In this document: positions 1 to 13,275 of the stretch, piece after piece
Layout: every line of letters begins with the position of its first letter
Numbering within the stretch: position 1 is the first letter of the stretch
NCBI GenBank assembly: GCA_010093995.1
Contig: ML992510.1
Span: forward strand, 261,504-325,503
DNA: 64,000 nucleotides
Direction of reading: 5' to 3'
Source of the DNA: Elsinoe ampelina
Taxonomy: Eukaryota
Program-made: the position numbers and the translations under genes
The notes under the pieces: model-generated
Database searches by the model: none
What the model was told of the DNA's origin: nothing
Seen by the model: the letters and a program-made list of their open reading frames with translations, nothing else

Positions 1-2153
1 CAGCAGCAACCTGATACACCGCCCCCGCGAAACTACACCTCACCCCCACCCCCTCACTGCGCTTCCCATACCCCGCCTCCAACCCCCTCCCCGGCGCAGG
101 ACACGCGAATCCCAACGCACTCGGACAACTCCTGACCAAATCAAAGCACAAATCCTCACAAGGCAACAACTCCTTATACGGCCCCGGTCTCACCTCCTCA
201 TCAATCCTCGAGTTCCGGGACCGGTTACTCGCAAACGTGCCCCCCAACACCTGCTGACTCGCACCACTCAAGCTGGGCGCGTCCCACATCGGGTTATAGT
301 TCTGCTGCAACACCGCTTCAGGGAGGAAGCTGTCGTTCGCGATGAATGCCTGCGCGACGTTTCGCGACTGCAGGTAGGGTAGGGGGGAGGAGAAGTCCTC
401 GCATCGTGGGATGGTGACGGCGCAGAGCCACTCTTTGTATGCCCGCGAGCAGTCGTCGCAGGTTTTGGAGAGGGAGTAGCGGGCGGTGGAGGAGGTGTTG
501 CAGGGGATGAGTTGGAGGGAGAGGGAGAAGTTGGTGTACAAGTCTTGGGCGTAGGTGTCGTAGAAGGTGGAGAGGGAGGTGGTATTGGGGAAGGTGAAGG
601 GGTTGGAGGGGACGGAGTAGGCGGTCGAGGAGCAGAAGGTGAGATTGTAGAGGAGGGCGCAGTTGCCGTCTGGGAAATGGTTAGGGAAGGACAAGGGGAA
701 GGGGCAGGGACAAGTGCTTACCGGACTTGGTGGTGAAGTTTGTGGCTGTCCAGACTTTGCCGCCGCCACCTACTACGCCGTCGCCGATTGTGCTGGAATT
801 ACCGTACATTGCGAGGATGGCTTGGTATGTGGAGCTGCCGTTCAGACCGCGGATGACGAACTGTTGTTTCGGCTTGTACCCGAGTCCTCGCGCGACCATT
901 GACATCTGAATCGGAGCACTAGCATCGTCCGGGTTGGTCTGGCTTGCTTGCAGATCTGCAGACTCTGTGAGACCGCAATAGCTGAGCCGCATACCTGCTA
1001 TGTTATTCCGAGTGTTGTTACCTTGCGCAAACACGGTGAACGGCAGAGGCCTGATATCCATCCACTGATTGAACTCATCCGAGCCAGCATCAGCCTGGGT
1101 CAAATTGTCCGTCACCAAGAGAGCCGATTCGGTATCCGTATCCACTAGGTACAGGGGTGGTAATCCGTCATTAGCAGCATAGTAGTAATTATCGATCGAT
1201 GCAGCCACGCTGTACGTCCACGACCCTCTCCATCCATTACCAAGCGTCGGTGAGCGAATCGCGATGTACACGTCCCCTCTCGCAGTGACGTTGATCCTGG
1301 CAAACCCCTCGTGCAGCGGCACCTGGATCTGATCCGACGGCGCATTCGGTGCTCCCACTTGCGCAGAAGAGGAGGACACAAACAGCGTCAACTGAGCCGG
1401 AGAATCAGGTTGTTCCCCATTTCCGCTCCACGTCGGTTGCGAGCAGGTATTGATAGCGACATACACAGTCTTCTGGTTCTGGCGCTTGCTCTTGCTCTTG
1501 ACCCTCCTTTCCTCTTCTTCCCGTAACTTCCTGTGCCTCTCCCTCTCCTCATACGTGGTGCTCTGGTCTTCAAAGTCTACGAAACCTCCCGGTAGACCAG
1601 ATCCCGCATCCCCTGCCGGACCATTGACGTCTTCTCGGGAGAAGATCCAGCGCTGGATCTCTCCGCCCGTGATGTTGCTGCGGCCGGGGCTGTTGTTTCC
1701 AGGTAGGTCCTGTAGTGCTTGTGTGCCTTGTCGCTTCCTGAGCTCTGACTTTCCCTCCTCAGCTTGCTCCGACGCCACGTCTTCGGGCTTGGCTCCGCAT
1801 CGAGTGCAAGGTACTTCGTGCTCGGCTTGGTCGTTTATGAGGACCTCTTCTGTTGGCGGAAGTCCAAAGTCCTCCACGTAAGCTCCGAGCTCTTCATCCC
1901 ACGGATCGATGGGCGGGCCACCGTCCCATGCCGGCCGTGACGATGTCGACTCGTCGTCCGGCCCGCGCTCAGCTAGCCATGGCCGCGTGTCTTGCCCCGC
2001 GTCTGATGGGGACCCAAGTTCTTGTGCGTATGCCAGTCGTGGAGAGGAGAGAACGAAATAGATGGCAATCAGGAGTAAGCTAGCACCTAGAGACGCGGCG
2101 AAACGGGATTGTAGCTGGGTGAGTTTGGGCAAGCGAGGGCATTGGATGTGCAT
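1..2153 (-). CDS. MID1: Mid1 stretch-activated Ca2+ channel regulatory subunit (3' end beyond window start)
   Basis: ATG at 2153 (MHIQCPRLPKLTQLQSRFAAS...), N-terminal hydrophobic segment, VAINTCSQP and LVDTD..ALLVTDNLT motifs. Intron 721-670 (GTAAG...CTAAC...CAG), then a Cys-rich exon (DGNCALLYNLTFCSSTAYSVPSN...YKEWLCAVTIPRC...YKELLPCEDLCFDLVRSCP) typical of Mid1. Confidence 0.92.
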
Positions 2154-2688
2154 CGTGTTACCGAGGAGGAGGTGACATTGGGTGGGTTGCGCCGGGGGCG
2201 CTGAGGACCAACTGCCTAAGGTTTTGAAAATTCTCAAGGTGTCTCTAGTTTGTTATTTAGGATTTGTACGCGGCCAGATATCCAGGAGGGTCGTCAAGAG
2301 TCCGTTGAAGAATAGGTGCGGGAGTCAAAGATGCCTGAGGTGGTTGAAACACTGCCGCATTTCTGTAGGGCTGACTTGACCTTGGCAGGGACTTTTTATG
2401 GCTTCACATGCAACGAACTCATGGTCTGTGACATTTTGATATCCAGGATAGAGCACATCTCATTGCTCTTGATCTATCACGCAGCGCCCTTTCCCCCTTC
2501 TGCGCTTGTCTCATCTTCTTTGCTACTATACATCGTCTGCGTCGTGTATCTCCCATTTTTCAGATCTCCGGAACGCCTCGCCATGATTGCTCGAAGAATG
2601 CTGAAACCGTCTGTAGATGCGAGTTATATCCCAATATGCATGAGATACTCCAAGTCCGATCAACCTTTGCCGCCGTGATGCTGTCTGT

Positions 2689-4203
2689 TCAACCCATCAT
2701 AGACATGAGACCTTGGTTGGCGTATGCCTGGTCTGGTCAGCTTTGGCTGTCTGAGAATAAAATACTACTCACCATTGGCTTTAGATCGGGATGAGGAACA
2801 GCTCCAAACTCCTTGAAGTTGAGCTTGTAGTCATTCTCAATGTTGATATACGCCCCTTTGTTGCCAGTCGAGTCACAATAGTTGGGGGCGCTAAAGACCG
2901 TGTAGCATTTTGAGTCATGCTCAGCCTCCCAACCTTCCATGCGCACTTCGTGACTTCGAATGATAGCCTCGAGTCCGTTCTTCTCGCAGAAGCGCTTGGT
3001 GACATCTGGGCCGAACTGCATGCCAACGCCACGTTTCGATGGGCCACGACCAGGAGCCTTCTGGGGATCAGTCCAGAGCATCTCCATCATGAGACCGGAT
3101 TGACCAGGTTGTCGTTGGTTGTGCCTGTTGAGCTTCCTGATGTCATCCAGTGTCACGTTGTCATCGGAGAAGAGTCCGCCATGTAACGTGAGGTATTTCT
3201 GACCGATGAGGGTCGCCAGGGGCAGAGCGGAGAAGGACTCGGAGAAGAGCTTGAATACCCGCTCGTTGTATTTTGCCTTGCACTCGCCCTCGAAGCCGTA
3301 CATTCTGTTCATGTCATCCGTCTCGTGGTTTCCTCTGTTCAGGAAGAAGTTGTCTGGTCTCAACCACTTGTAGGCGTAGAGTAACAGTGCAATCTCGCAA
3401 CTCCATGACCCTCGGTCCACAAAGTCGCCATTGAACAGGTATGCGTGAGTGTCTGAAGGGAAGCCGTTCTGCTCAAAGATGTTGAGCAAGTCAAAGTATT
3501 GACCGTGCGTGTCACCGCACACGGTCAGCTTCTTGTCCTTCTTCACTTCCATCTCCACCATTGTCGCCTCCTTGTACACGATATCCTTGACCGCCAGAAT
3601 AATTTGGTAGACGTACTTCTTGTCCAGCTTCTTCCCATTCTTAAATCGGTCAATCATGTCGTCGATGAACTCTTGCGTCATGCTATCTCCGAGCTTCGCT
3701 CCATCGTAGTCCTTCGCGACCTGCATGTGCTCGAGATCCAATCCCTCGGCCGCAGATGGTGCGTCCGCAACCTCGATTGCCTTCAGAAATGCATCTCGCT
3801 TGACCAGCTTTTGACACGCCTCGAACTGTGCCTTGGCGAGCTTGTCGCTCGGTAGTCGCTTGACAACGACTCGCCAATCTGAAATTGCGTCGCTGTGGCG
3901 CAGGATTGCCGTGTTGGCTACCGCTCGGCGGTAGTAAGCCTTTGTGAAGTTGGGATCGGTGTCTATCGCTTTGCTGGCGTCGGCAATCGCATAGCCATAT
4001 GCTTCGAGCTTGATGTGTGCCTGCAGATGTCAGCTCCGTCTCTGAGTCGCGGAGCACGTGCTTACCTGTGCTCGATTTGTGTAGAATGATGGCTCCTTGT
4101 CGTATTTCTCAATAGCTTGCGAGTAGTACTCTACAGCTCCCGGCCAATCCTTGTTCTTGAAGGCCTCATTGCCCTTGTTCTTGAGAGCTACTGCTTCTTC
4201 CAT
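2689..4203 (-). CDS. PPT1: Serine/threonine protein phosphatase 5 (TPR + PPP catalytic domain)
   Basis: N-terminal TPR-like region (MEEAVALKNKGNEAFK...) and PPP motifs GDTHG, GDFVDRG, RGNHE, SAPNYC. Introns ~4065-4021 and ~2772-2728; last exon AYANQGLMSMMG-stop. Confidence 0.95.
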
Positions 4204-4550
4204 GGTTGCTCGATATCAGGCAGCGCCGAGGTAACTTCGAGACCCAGATCAAAAGCAATTCGAGATTCCCGCGAGAGTAGAAGTCAGAAATCCCTGAAGT
4301 TTGGAAAGTGTACTTTTCGGATATGAGCCAAGAATGTGCGAATATATTCAAGAAGCTCTCGTGCCTCGAAGCATCTATAAAAATTCCAAGCACGGACCAC
4401 ATGCTTCTCCAGCATCACCTTGTTTGCTCCTCTCCCCCTCCTCTCTTATTCTACACACAACTCCAGCCAACAAGTCTCAAATCTCACCAACCAGACCTTC
4501 TCCCCACCAACCATCATCCACCTACACCGACCGCCCCGACAAGAGCAAAC

Positions 4551-4966
4551 ATGACCTCCTTCGTCCCCCCCTCCCAACACCGCAACCTCCGCGCCTGCCT
4601 CATCTGCTCCATCGTCCAATCCACAACCCGCTTCTTCAACGCCGGCTGCCCCAACTGCGAATCCTTCCTCGAGCTGGCGGGCAACAACGACTCGATCCAA
4701 GACTGTACGTCGCAAGTCTTCGAGGGCTTGATCACAATGAGTGATCCGACGAGTAGTTGGGTTGCCAAGTGGCAGAGGTTGGAGGGCTATGTGCCCGGGG
4801 TGTATGCGGTCAAGGTACAGGGGATACTGCCCGAGGATGTCATTGGGACCGTGGAGGCGGCGGGGGTGAGGTATATTCCGTAAGTTGTTCTTGGGAGGAG
4901 TGCAGAGAGGGGACAATGCTGACATTGGGCAGGAGGGATGGGACGAATCTGGAGGATGCGCAGTAA
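4551..4966 (+). CDS. SPT4: Transcription elongation factor Spt4
   Basis: RACLICSIV...GCPNC zinc finger, [25 protein letters not shown]. Intron 4880-4932, final exon (P)[14 protein letters not shown]. Confidence 0.96.
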
Positions 4967-5184
4967 GGGGGGATTTAGATGGAAGGGACGGAGATGGGGA
5001 AAGGATAGACATGGATTTAGCGAAGGCGTTGGGTCGGAAAAGACTGGCTTGTACTCGGTCTCTCATGCATGAAGCCAGCGTGCTCAGAATGGAATGGATT
5101 ACCGTCGGCGCACAAAGCTGTCAAACCACTCGATGCTCCTCACAATGCTACGCAGACGTGAACACCTCGCTCCGAGGCGATACT

Positions 5185-7752
5185 CTACCTCTTCCTGGAC
5201 GGGCTGATGGCAAAGTTGCCCACTGGTGGCATCCTGACAGGGCTGGCCAATTGACCTGCACCTGCTCCTGCACGACGTGGGCTTGTCAGCTCATCCTCGC
5301 TGCCCTCGAGATCAGGTCCGTTTCCATCTTCCACCTTCTCCATATCTTCTTCCCAGCCTTCACTCGTCTCCGCCATGGTACTGGTGACTCGTTCGAGCGA
5401 CTCGACCAGCATATCCTCCAGAGCATCACCTTCCGTCCTCACCAGCGTACCGAATCTCTTCTTTGGCTTCTTCGCTCCAGCACCATTAATGCCAGCACCA
5501 GTGGTGTAGTCCCAGATGTGATGATTCTGCGCTACAAATACCAGACTGTTGTCGTAGTACCAGTAGCTCAAATTCTCGTCTGTCGCGCTTCGACAGCTGT
5601 GCAAGGACTGATCCGAAACGAAGAAGAAGAGCTTGCTGATTCGGGGAGGGACACGGTCGTTGTACTTGAGCAACTCGATGATTGCATTGTATGCCGCGCC
5701 AACGCCGAGGATGTAGATGTGAGGCGAGTCGGAGAGCTCGATATAGTTCTCCCAGAGATAAGTGGCAAGGGTGAGCGCTTCAGCAGATCGGTCGGTAGCA
5801 TCTTTACTCTCGGTGTGGAGCGCTTTGTCCTGTAGATCTTAGTATTGAAGCAGATTGATCGTCCATATGAGGAAAGCCTTACGTCTATGCTTGTCAAGTG
5901 CTTGGGCACATTGACGTCAATCACGGCGAAGCCAGCGTTCACAGCCCAGTCGATATATGACCGGACACCGTCAGTCTGTGGCACCAGTCAGTATCAACAC
6001 GATGGTCTCGTCTCGATCCATGTCTCACCAAGAAGGTATTGTGCGCCTCCAATCGTTGTGTCCGCGGATCGGGTGTACCAGTCAATTCTGGCGGGTCGTG
6101 AAACGTCAAGAGCAGTGGCCGTGCTTCGGAGTAGTTTGGTGTAGCGAGCACTTGGTCCTCGAAAGACTTTGATATCTTGTTTCGAGCAATGAAGAGAGCA
6201 GTCATGTCGTGACTCTTGAACAGCTGACTTGCTTGCCAGCCACGGATCAGGTCATGCAGACGCTCCCCTTTAGCCTTCTTGATTCGCTTCGCAGGGTCCT
6301 TCGGATACAGGCATGGCCAGAAATTGCTCTGCTGTCGTAAGACTTGTTGGACGGTATCGACGCCGGCAGGTGATGGCTGGGACGACTGTAGTCGTTCAGG
6401 TGGCTCTCCCATCAGGGTCCGTGTGACTGCTAGGGCAGAGACCGCTATCGATCGCAGATTGTAGCCTCCTTCCATGCAGACCACCACTTTTCCATCAGCT
6501 AACGACATTAACATGTGTGTCATGTGTGCGTAGCCGGGTGGTGTAACGTGACAGCCACCAATCATGTCGCCTTCTGCGGCGTCAAAACCCGCACAAACAA
6601 AGACAAGGTCTGGGTCAAAGTCTTGTGCGATGGGCATGACCACTTCTTGGAATGCATAGAGGTAATCGCCATCACCCATCCCAGACGTCTTCCATGGAAT
6701 GTTGACGTTTTTCCCCATACCAGCACCAGCTCCACAGTGCAAGTGATCCTTCTCAAAGCCAACAGGATAGAAGGCACCATTCTGAGACACATGCAGGGAG
6801 ATGTACAGAATGTTCGGATCCTCGTAGAAGATGTTCTGTACGCCATTGCCGTGATGTACATCCCAGTCAAGGATGAAGATCTTCCTGGCACGGTCGCCAA
6901 ATTCCTTCTGGATCGCTCGAGCCGCCACGGGCACGTTGTTGAAGAAGCAGAAACCCATGGGGTGATCATGCTCCGCATGGTGTCCTGGCGGCCGGATGAC
7001 AGCTATCGAGTTCTTGACCTGCCCGTTCATGACTGCTCGTGCTGCTTCAATTGCACCGCCAGCTGCTAGTAAGGCGCATCCTGGTGTGTTGACAGAAAGA
7101 TAGACGGAGTCCATGCGGGCGCCAACGCTGCTCAATTTCTCCTCGTCCCAGTCTGTATTATGTCAGTTCACGCATACTACCACACAGAGGTCGGCATACT
7201 CTTCAGGTCCATTACCAGATCGTATGACCCTTGACTGTGACACGCAAGGATCTCTTGCTCTGTTGCATGGCGCGCAGGTATCCTGAGAAGTACATAGTCG
7301 CCCACCAGATCTGGATTTGCCGGATCGTCTACTAGCCCAGCTTGACAAAGCTCAGTATAGACCTCGAATATGCGTCTGGGGTCTTCAGGGTGCATATCTG
7401 TGTCCTTGGGCATTGGTTCAACATGGAACCGCATGCGGACATCGTACACTAACCCAGACCGAGACGTTGAATACGGAAGTGGTGAAAACTTTGGTGCGAC
7501 TGATGCTTCCTTCTTTGTAGTGGATCTGATGATCATATCGCCATCAGAAGTCTGAGAGATATCCATGTTGGGAAAATGAAGGCCATTCTGTGCGGCGGCG
7601 GCGTTGCGGGATAGTTCGGGACTTGACATGTCTTCATCCTGAGTCGAAAGGACAGCGGGATCTAATGTCTCCGGTATCATGCCGTTGATCTCTGTGGAAG
7701 CCAGGATGGGTCCTTCACCCATGACATGGTCGCCATCGTCGGCGCCGTCCAT
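5185..7752 (-). CDS. HDA1: Class II histone deacetylase Hda1/Clr3 (HDAC domain + Arb2-like C-terminal region)
   Basis: HPEDPRRI, RPPGHHA, GFCFFNNV, DWDVHHGNG, AGFDAAEGD, MEGGYNL motifs across ORFs 7177-7752, 5939-7135, 5568-5984 and 5185-5673, joined by about three short introns. Confidence 0.95.
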
Positions 7753-8468
7753 AGTCTATGTGGGGGTGGTGGAAGACCAATCGCTAACTGAGCATTCTGT
7801 TTCTGGTACTGATTGTCTGATCTGGATCCGAAAAGTGTTAGTACTGTTCGAAAGAACTGTCAACTCAGATTTGGGAGAAATGGTCACGATCGGAGGATCT
7901 GATCCGTCAAGAATTGTGTGATGAATGCGCCGTCGCAGCTGACAAGCTCTGTTGGGGTTAAGAGTGCAAGGGGTTTCACACTTCAAAGTCGGCAGTATAC
8001 GTGACGTGAATGGGCGTTTCAAGTGGCGACAACATATGAGAGGGTGGGCATACCTGGTGCTTTGATGCTAGGCGTTGTAAGGGCTTGACAGATCTTGCCG
8101 GAGCCAATTGAAATCGATCGCAGTAGGAGTCTATACTCTCAATCGTCTTTTCAATCACGACGTGGGTAAATGAGACTGCGAAATTGGTGTATGGGATGAG
8201 GAATGGTATTGATTCTGTGGTATTTCCACTATACCAAACCGCCAAGGCACTTTGCCTCTTTTGGAAGGCATGTGTCTCATACACTATTCGCTTCTCTCCA
8301 GCAGTACATTACTTCAACAGAGAATAAGAACTCGGAACATGATTAATCAGACACATGTGCATGAATTTGGATTATCACACGCGATGTATGAGACCTTGAT
8401 TGCCTGACTCCGTGTGGTCATGTCAATCTGAGCCCACCATAAAGGACGCCTCCCACCCGTCAGTCCAT

Positions 8469-11400
8469 CTACTTGCTCTCCTGGTTCCTTCTGAACGCGC
8501 CGGGCCTGTACGCTCCACCTCCACCTGCGCCCCCACTGCTGCTCTGTCGTCCCTCGGAGGCAAGACCACCCCTGGACTGTGGTGGCCTGTACCCGCCTGT
8601 GGTTGGTGGAGTTCCGCCAGCCGCTGGGCTCTCAGATCGATCCGCACCATCAGGTGGACCTCTCGAACGAGGAGCCCACTTCTCTGAGCTGGCACCACGA
8701 CTGCCTTCGCGGTTGATGGTTGGTGGTGCATCAGATGAAGCGCCGCGAGAAGCACCATCACGCAGGTGAGGCGGTACATATCCACTCCTCCTCAGAGGAG
8801 CAGGTTCGGCAGCGGGTTCTGAACCACGAGAGGAGGCACCGTTCGTTGGGGCTTCGGCAGCTGGTCCACCAGCAGCCTTCGCGGCCTCTCGATCACGCCA
8901 TGACGGCTTGTTACCCGCAAGAGCAAGTCTTGGTGGACCGCCGGCAGAAGAATCTGACGGGCGGTCTGCGGGACGATCGAAGCCTCGGGATGGTGCGGCG
9001 CCCGCGCCAGCTTTGCGCTCGGCGCGACGACGCTCGGCCTCTTCCTCGCGCTGTCGTTGACGTTCTGCAGCAGCAGCAGCTTCCCTAGTATGTGTCAGTA
9101 TTGTTCCTAGATATGTGGCAGCTTCACGTACTCTCTTGACTTGGCACGCTCCGCCTTTTCCCTCTCAAGCCTCTCCCTCTTCTCCGCCTCCTCGCGCTCT
9201 CTCTGCTCAGCTTCGATACGTTCTCGCTCTTCTTCCTCTTGCCTGATACGCTCATTCTCCTCCGCTTCCCTGCGCTCGCGTTCCCTTCTCTCACGAACAT
9301 CGCGCTTTCTCTGTTCAATCTTCTTGTTGAGCTCACGCTCGGCGTCTTTACGGCGGCGCTCGAATTCGTTGTGGCGTGCTTCGGTGACGGTCCTCCTGAA
9401 CTGCTCATAAGCAGGTACAAGTCTGCTGAGACGCTTCTTGAGCTCAACGTCGGAAGTGTGCTTAGCTTTGGCTTCGGCCAGAGTCTCGGCCTTTGCCTTT
9501 TCGTATGCTGCCCGGTCCGCATCGATTTGTTGTTTGTAGTCCTCGGGTAGAAGCTTGATCTCTTCCTTCCTGTAAGCACGTTCAAGATGGTCTACACGCT
9601 TGGCAGTGATGCGAGCCTTGTCGGTGACTTCGTTCTTCTCCTTTGCAAGAGCTTGCAGTTTAAGCTCGCGGATACGTGCGGAGTCGAGCTCGTCGATATC
9701 GAGCTTGTCGAGGTCAACGCCCTTGATGCCAGACGCTTGCATATCCTTGAGCTGCTTTTGGATCTCCTCTCGCTGCACACGCTGTTGCTCTGCCTTTAGG
9801 CGTCGAGCCTCGCGATCTTTCTGTTCTTCGGCAAGACGCTGCGCCTCCTGCTCCTGGAGTTGTTGAGCACGGATCCTCTTGCGCGAGGCCTCTTCGCGCT
9901 CCCGCGCAGCTGCGGCGCTCGCCGCAGTCTCCTTCTTCTTCTGGATGATCTCTCGCCTGGCGAGGACCTCACGATGCTCATTCTCAGCGCCAGCAGCAGC
10001 GCGTTGATGGGCAGCTTGCTTGGCAGCAACACGTTCCTGATTGAAAGAAGGATCGACATACTGACAAGTGACGTACAGTGCCTTTGTAAGCCGCGTGAGC
10101 TGCGATCGTACGATCTCAGCAGGAGTGCTTTGCAGACGCTGAACAGAGCTGACTTCAGCCGAGCCTGCACTTGTACCTGGCTGGGATGCCTTGGCGGAAG
10201 AGAAGACATCAGAGTCGAAAGTCAAGACACCAGTAGCATGGTTGACACGGATGGCAAGATCACCCTTCTTGCAGCCATTCATGATGAACTTTTCAATAGT
10301 GCTGCGAGAGAGCTCGAATGGCTCTGGGAATTGTGCAAGACCAAGGACAAAGTCGAGCTCAACAGTCTCGTACACTTGCGAGAGCTGTTGGAAAAGACGG
10401 GTGAGAATGACCTGCTGGAGGGGCTGGACATACTTTTGCATCTCGGCGTTGGCACCAATCTGCGCGAGAATAGGTGAGATTCGCTTGCAGATGGAGAGGG
10501 GGTGGAATTCGACTTCGAGGATATTGTAGAGCTCCCTGATCTCGGGACGAGCGCGGCGAAGGAGTCCCTTGTTCAAGGCGTCCTTGAAGAGGATCGCACG
10601 AGACGGTGGTGACGACATGCCCAGCAGGTTGGTGAGACGAGCATTCTTGTTTTTTCTGGCCTCATCCACGTCGACAAGTGCACCGCGGGATCGGGAAGTG
10701 CTGATGACGGGGATCGCGAGTGCCGAAAGGACGACGAATGAAGCAGCGGAGGTGAGATCTGCATCAGCGATGTTGGTAGGGTTGTCTTTCTTCTGGCCTT
10801 GACCGGAGGACACCAGTGCCGCAGATTGGCGAAGAAGGTTGTAGTATCGGCTCCAAGCAGCGGCGTGGAACAAATAGTTCTCACTGACCATGAAGATCCT
10901 GGTCAATTTCTCAAAGTAGTTTGCCATCATCGAATTCTTTGCAGGACGCTTGCTCAAGCTTAGCAAGGTATGTGTGTCCTCAACACTCTTGAAGGCTTCC
11001 TGCCAAAGCTCAAGCTCAACCGCGACATTGAGCTGCTCGAAGCGAGTGTCCAAATGACGTTGAAGTGTGTCGGGGTCGCTCAGGTTGATGGCGTGCATCT
11101 GTGTCGAGTACTTGGCGGCATTTTGCAGGTGGTTTCGAAGGAGTTCGCAGAGACGTCTGAACTCGGTTTTGCGTGCATACTTCAAGCAAAATTGGAAGGC
11201 TTGGTGTGCGGTCGTCTGATACATAACTTCCAGACGAGCATTGTTTTTGAAGATGTCAAGCACCGTGCGGTAGGTCTCCCACAAGAATTTCAACCAAGGT
11301 GTGACGATGGCGCGGTCGGTCCTGTCCTTGGATTGCTCGCCTGATACTGTCGACAGGAGGATGGATTCAGGGGTCTCGGATGCTTCCAGATCTCCGACAT

Positions 11401-11888
11401 TTGCAAGAGCCTTCTCCCTGTCTGCTTCAGACGTGACTTCGTCTGCCTTTGTCTGTGCTTCGGTAACCTTTTGCTCTGCTAGCTCGATGAATTTCCGGAA
11501 GACCAGCTCGATCGTGGCGACGTTCGTGTTCTGAGACGTATTCTTGTAGTTGTACAGCCCATCCTTCGCCATCTTTCCTTTTCGAAGCTCAACACATAGT
11601 TCGATGAAGAGGAGCATGACGGGCTCCAGGGCGGAGATGGGACTGTTGCGAGTTCGCTTTGAGGTGACATGTTCGTGGAGAGTGTGTAGCGCGTCTGCCT
11701 TGTTGCCGACACCGATGAGCTCTTGAGCGCGCTAGAATATAGGGTTAGCTCGTGTATGTAGACTGATGATTCTGTCTCAATTCGAGGTTGCTCTTTGACC
11801 TGATTTCTGCGCAAGGTCTAATTTTGATATCTCGTGGGAAGCTCACCTTGAGCACATTTTCGGGCTTTGTGTGAGGTGGTGGAGGCAT
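8469..11888 (-). CDS. TIF32: Eukaryotic translation initiation factor 3 subunit A
   Basis: Starts [14 protein letters not shown] (ATG 11888), intron, RAQELIGVG..., then [11 protein letters not shown] and PCI region, long charged coiled coil, intron near 9086-9131, and a Gly/Pro/Arg-rich tail ending RRNQESK-TAG at 8469. Confidence 0.95.
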
Positions 11889-12880
11889 GATGGGCAACTC
11901 GCTGAGGCGCGGAGACCGTGCGAGATGCCTGTGGGATGGTTGAGGTTGTCGTCGACCTTTGGTGGATTGATGTATACCACCAAATCTGCTGATCAAGTGA
12001 CTGTGACGGGGAATGAAGTCGACAACTCAGAAGTTTCACTTGTGTGGGCGGGGGCCGGCTCGCGTCTCCGACGGCCAAAGCACGCGTGGGATGGCAGACA
12101 GGGAATGCTTTTTGACAACATGTACCTACTGCGACAATAAAGTGACAGATGCACAATCTGATCAGTCAGTGCCTCTGATATGAAATATTGCTTCAAACAA
12201 ATATCGACGTCATTGGATCATCTTGTGCGTTTGCAGGAACAAAGGCCTCATCATGCAGTTGTCGGTGTAGAAAAGTGCCTTCGAAAATAGGCTAGCGTCG
12301 GCCGCAAATCAGAGCGCTCTGACCACCCAAGCCATCTGCCATCTCTCCAGGTCGCCAGAGATCCACTCCACGTCTCCCTCGGTCCACACTGGCAAGCTAT
12401 CATCCATTGCGCTTGACAACCACTATCTGAAGCTCAGAGGACTCTGCAATCGACTGCGCCTGCTGTCGAAACACGCTCGCTCGACGATTCAACGCCCTTT
12501 TGAAGCATCTCAGCTCGCGAAAGTCGAGATCCGCCAATCTTCCGACGTCGCTCAGGGACCAGGGACTAGAGCAACAAGACCTGGCATTCGACTCCGCTAC
12601 CTCTTGTCAAAGAGGATAGGGTAAGTGTTGGACGTTCGATGAACGGGCTTCCATGAGTCTCAAGGCCGAATGGGGCTGACGGTTTGTCTCCAGCGATCAA
12701 TTGCGGACCGTTGAAAACACCCGGGCAAAGAGTCCAAGTCATCTCGCCTTCTGTCGCACTCTCCACCACTCTTCTCATACAATCACGATCTCCACACGGC
12801 TGAGACAGACTTGTGCGACAGTCATACTATTCGATTGAGCAATTTCATCCCAGCAGAAGACTTTAAGAATAGCAATCACA

Positions 12881-13275
12881 ATGTCCGCTCCTTACGAAAT
12901 CCGAACGAACGATGCTGGTCGAAGCAAGAAGCAAAGCATGGCCGAGTTGAAGTTGCGCCGCCTGAATGAGCTCAATCAAAGACTGCAAGAGGATCTGAAC
13001 CGCCGCAGGATACCCGTATCCGAAGCTGCCATGGAGTATGTTGATCATATCTTGCCGCTTCATATGGATGGCAGTAGGGATTGGTGCTAACAAGAATGAC
13101 AGTCTGATTGCTTTCACCGACAAGGAACCCAAGGACTTTATGGTCCCGAGCAGATGGGGAACCGTGAGTAGTGTCAGAGGCATATGTGGATAATTGGGCT
13201 AACATGTCATAGGTCGACAAGCGCGACGATCCATATGCGCCGCAGCAGTCGGGCGGATGCTGTATCGTGATGTAG
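12881..13275 (+). CDS. Heterotrimeric G-protein gamma subunit
   Basis: KKQSMAELKLRRLNELNQRLQEDLNRRRIPVSEAA; two introns (~13036-13102, ~13165-13212); exon 2 LIAFTDKEPKDFMVPSRWG; last exon VDKRDDPYAPQQSGGCCIVM with a CAAX prenylation end (Ste18/GpgA family). Confidence 0.93.

Noticed and set aside
4885..5835. 316-aa plus-strand ORF and other long antisense ORFs over HDA1, eIF3a and the bHLH gene
   Set aside because: Shadow ORFs opposite well-supported genes, with no domain features.
5185..7752. Functional link between the heterochromatin HDAC gene and the nearby RIP block
   Set aside because: It is an ordinary housekeeping gene about 15 kb away; proximity alone is not evidence.
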